From positions 32,001 to 96,000 of IMG/VR virus record IMGVR_UViG_3300028591_003737: DNA of 64,000 nt. One strand, 5' to 3'. The notes under the pieces were generated by a model. The model was not told the DNA's origin. It was given only the letters and a program-made list of their open reading frames with translations, and did no database searches. The DNA comes from a virus (taxonomy: Duplodnaviria; Caudoviricetes). Below are positions 61,479 through 64,000 of this stretch, piece after piece. A program made the translations under genes and the position numbers. Position 1 is the first letter of the stretch; each line of letters starts with the position of its first letter.

Positions 61479-61658
61479 ATGGCAAAAGTGTATATTTTTA
61501 TTGATGAAGATGACGCTGCTGAATATGGTGGTGAGATATTAGACGAATATTTATCAGCTGAATTTGGTGATAAAATATTTCTTATATCAGAAGATGGTAA
61601 ATCCTTGTTTTTAACAGAGGATGGTGCTTCTTATTTAATTCAAGAATACTTTGAATAA
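61479..61658 (+). CDS. Small acidic virion-associated protein (59 aa, not in track)
   Basis: MAKVYIFIDEDD...LISEDG..LFLTEDG..YLIQE; LxxEDG repeats. Confidence 0.55.
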   Translation: MAKVYIFIDEDDAAEYGGEILDEYLSAEFGDKIFLISEDGKSLFLTEDGASYLIQEYFE

Positions 61659-61685
61659 AATATAAAATAATAAAAGATATAAATT

Positions 61686-62231
61686 ATGGCTATAAGTTCA
61701 AAAAAGATTTCTGGTTTTAGAGAATTACAAACATTAAGTGGTGATGAATACTTAATGGTTGCATTTAATAACCGTTCATATAAGGTTAAAACCTCTTTAT
61801 TTACATCAGATATTATTAGAAGCATTGATCAGAAAGTTGTTACTGGTGATGAAGCTGCAAATACTATTACAATTACAACTGGTAATGGTCAAGAGTATGT
61901 TTTCACAGTAAAGAATGGTGCTAAAGGTTCAACTGGTGCAACTGGTGCAACTGGTGCTAAGGGTGAAACAGGTAATACTGGTATTGCTCTTTATAATACT
62001 GATTTTGATGATAGAGTTATTAATACATTAGATGGTACAGATAATGAAGGTAATTTATTAGAAGATGATGAATTAACATCATATGCTTTATCTGCTATGC
62101 AAGGTTATGTATTAAATAACAAATTAGATTCTTTAGCAGAAGAATATATTTCACAAGACGAATATGATGAAAGAGTAAGAACAAATAATATCTCTGCTAA
62201 TACAAAATATTTCATAATAGATGAAGATTAA
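61686..62231 (+). CDS. Collagen-repeat fibre/structural protein
   Basis: Gly-X-Y run GAKGSTGATGATGAKGETGNTG; ALSAMQG motif. Confidence 0.75.
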   Translation: MAISSKKISGFRELQTLSGDEYLMVAFNNRSYKVKTSLFTSDIIRSIDQKVVTGDEAANTITITTGNGQEYVFTVKNGAKGSTGATGATGAKGETGNTGIALYNTDFDDRVINTLDGTDNEGNLLEDDELTSYALSAMQGYVLNNKLDSLAEEYISQDEYDERVRTNNISANTKYFIIDED

Positions 62232-62253
62232 AAAAATATTCTTGATATAAACT

Positions 62254-62457
62254 ATGGCACTTTACGTACAATTAGAACAAGGTAAACAACCAAAACAAGT
62301 TACCGGTATTTATAAAGGAACTAGTGAAGGTCCTAAGGTTGTTTCTGCTGTATATCAAGGATTAAAATTATTATGGCAGTTCATTAAGTCATGTTTTGGT
62401 CGTGGTTATTGGATTAATGATAAAATGTGGTCAAACAATGACGGTTGGGCAAATTAA
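62254..62457 (+). CDS. Small virion-associated protein
   Basis: VSAVYQG...LW and SCFG.GYW..D..W motifs; lies within the structural operon. Confidence 0.55.
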   Translation: MALYVQLEQGKQPKQVTGIYKGTSEGPKVVSAVYQGLKLLWQFIKSCFGRGYWINDKMWSNNDGWAN

Positions 62458-62484
62458 AAAAGAATAATATAATTAATATAAAAT

Positions 62485-64000
62485 ATGGCTAATAAAAAGA
62501 CACAATCAAAGATATTAAGAGTTAGTGATCTTCCTATTATGAATAAAATATGGGATGGTATGTATACTATCCTTGCTTATAATAAGCAGAACTATCTCTT
62601 AGATGTATCTAAGATAAAAGGTAAAAAGATATTTGATATTACTGCTAGTGAATCAGAAGAATCTGGTGGAAAAAATATTATTTATATAAAATTTACTGAT
62701 GGTACTTCAGAATCATTTAGTGTATGGAATGGTACACAAGGTGAAACTGGTAAAACAGGTCTTACAGGTCCAGATGGTAATCAAGGTGAAGATGGTTTCA
62801 TTGATGAAAGAAAAGATGGTATCAGTGGAACATTATATATCATAAATAATACAACTACACAAGATCCTGATTCTCCTTGGTCAGCTTATAGAGGTAAAGT
62901 AATGAATGATTCTATTTATGAATTAAATGAAACTTTCATTACTGAAAATGAATTTGATGTTTTATTTAATAACATCAGATATATGTATGCAGAATTTAAA
63001 ACAACTTCTGATAATCAGTCAACTGCTCTTTTCAATAATGATACTAATAATCACTTAGTATATAAGAAATATTGGACATATGAAGATGAAGGTCTTGAAA
63101 CATATTATATTTATAATCCTGTTTCAGATACTTATGATACTGTATTAGCAGATCTTTGGAAAGATATTTATCTTGGTGCTACAGAAGGTTATTTCTTAGC
63201 AACAACAAGTATGTTAAAAGATGATACAGTTTTATACTATTTAGATAAACAAACAAATCAATATTTTACAATTACAAAACTTGTATCAGTAAGAACAACT
63301 ACTGTTGATGGAGTAACAACAACTGAAGAAGTTGGTTATTTAGGTGATAAGAGAATTGATAGCTATTATCTTCCTGAAATTGATGCAAGTATTTCTGCAG
63401 AATTTTCAATTCAGACAAATAAATGGACTCTTGAATTAAATTCTGCATCAGAATTAGTTCCTGAAGTTTATGTTACTGAAGATGGTGAACATTTCACAAA
63501 ACTTACTGATGAAGAAGTATTAGCAATTGATACAAGTGTTTATGCTGAATATTTCCAAAAAGTTGATGGTGAATATGTTACAATTCCAAATATTGCTTCA
63601 TATCTTGCTACTAAAGAAGTAAGATATTATAAGAGAACTAATGGTATAATAAATGAAGTTAATGAAGAAGATATTTCTGAAGTAAATTATGATGATTATA
63701 TCATTGTATCAAGAAATAGATTAACAAATACTTATACATTTGAAAGACATCATGCAGAACTTGTATATGATGAAATGGTTTATTTCACAGATACAGTTTC
63801 TTTAAGTAGTATTGATTTATATTATCATACTTCTTCTAGAGATTATTATACTCTTTCTCTTGAAAAAGAAGAAACTCTTGCACCAGATGGAGAAACAATA
63901 ATTGAAACATTTAAACAAGTTTATACAAAGATTGCTATTCCATCATGGATTTATGCTGAATTTAAGACAAATGATGAAGACCAATTATCATTAATTCTTA
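62485..64000 (+). CDS. Large collagen-repeat structural protein (runs off window)
   Basis: MANKKTQSKILRVSDLP...; GTQGETGKTGLTGPDGNQGEDG; N-terminal layout parallels 61686-62231. Confidence 0.7.
   Translation, partial: MANKKTQSKILRVSDLPIMNKIWDGMYTILAYNKQNYLLDVSKIKGKKIFDITASESEESGGKNIIYIKFTDGTSESFSVWNGTQGETGKTGLTGPDGNQGEDGFIDERKDGISGTLYIINNTTTQDPDSPWSAYRGKVMNDSIYELNETFITENEFDVLFNNIRYMYAEFKTTSDNQSTALFNNDTNNHLVYKKYWTYEDEGLETYYIYNPVSDTYDTVLADLWKDIYLGATEGYFLATTSMLKDDTVLYYLDKQTNQYFTITKLVSVRTTTVDGVTTTEEVGYLGDKRIDSYYLPEIDASISAEFSIQTNKWTLELNSASELVPEVYVTEDGEHFTKLTDEEVLAIDTSVYAEYFQKVDGEYVTIPNIASYLATKEVRYYKRTNGIINEVNEEDISEVNYDDYIIVSRNRLTNTYTFERHHAELVYDEMVYFTDTVSLSSIDLYYHTSSRDYYTLSLEKEETLAPDGETIIETFKQVYTKIAIPSWIYAEFKTNDEDQLSLIL

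Noticed and set aside
1-64000. Genome-wide TAG-to-Gln recoding as in Lak phages
   Set aside because: Genes, including >1200-aa structural ORFs, are intact in the standard code; only one internal TAG was found.

Overview
This very AT-rich, gene-dense window comes from a large (jumbo/mega) T4-like myophage that probably infects a Bacteroidota host. The host evidence is a Bacteroidetes-style TonB receptor, IF-3, ClpX and MDH, AT-rich translation starts without Shine-Dalgarno motifs, and TTTG-like -33 boxes. Gene content and composition resemble Lak-type megaphages, but the window reads almost entirely in the standard code. Replication and repair genes: gp47/gp46 (Mre11/Rad50), NAD-dependent ligase, two-subunit type IIA topoisomerase, PD-(D/E)XK nuclease and HAD phosphatase. 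Virion genes: gp26/gp51-like hub pair, a 1297-aa fibre/adhesin, collagen-repeat proteins and two large ORFs running off the window ends. Host-takeover and metabolic genes: RpoD-like sigma, IF-3, ClpX, MDH, AsnA, FNT channel, VTC and SPFH. Dozens of small hypothetical ORFs fill the rest. Main findings: (1) a 7-kb TonB receptor + PnuC + NadR (+SLOG) module that could import an NAD precursor across both membranes and rebuild NAD+, together with three ADP-ribose erasers (two NADARs and a DarG-like macrodomain); (2) seven unrelated proteins sharing a 10-residue T4 capsid-targeting-like leader, one of them an ADP-ribosyltransferase-fold protein; (3) two promoter classes and a sigma factor with a ~65-aa insertion in region 2.3; (4) a hidden gene with an in-frame TAG; (5) a symmetric four-box operator-like element and a candidate structured 5' leader. 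No tRNA, rRNA, CRISPR array or mobile element was recognised. All calls come from reading motifs by eye; no searches were run.
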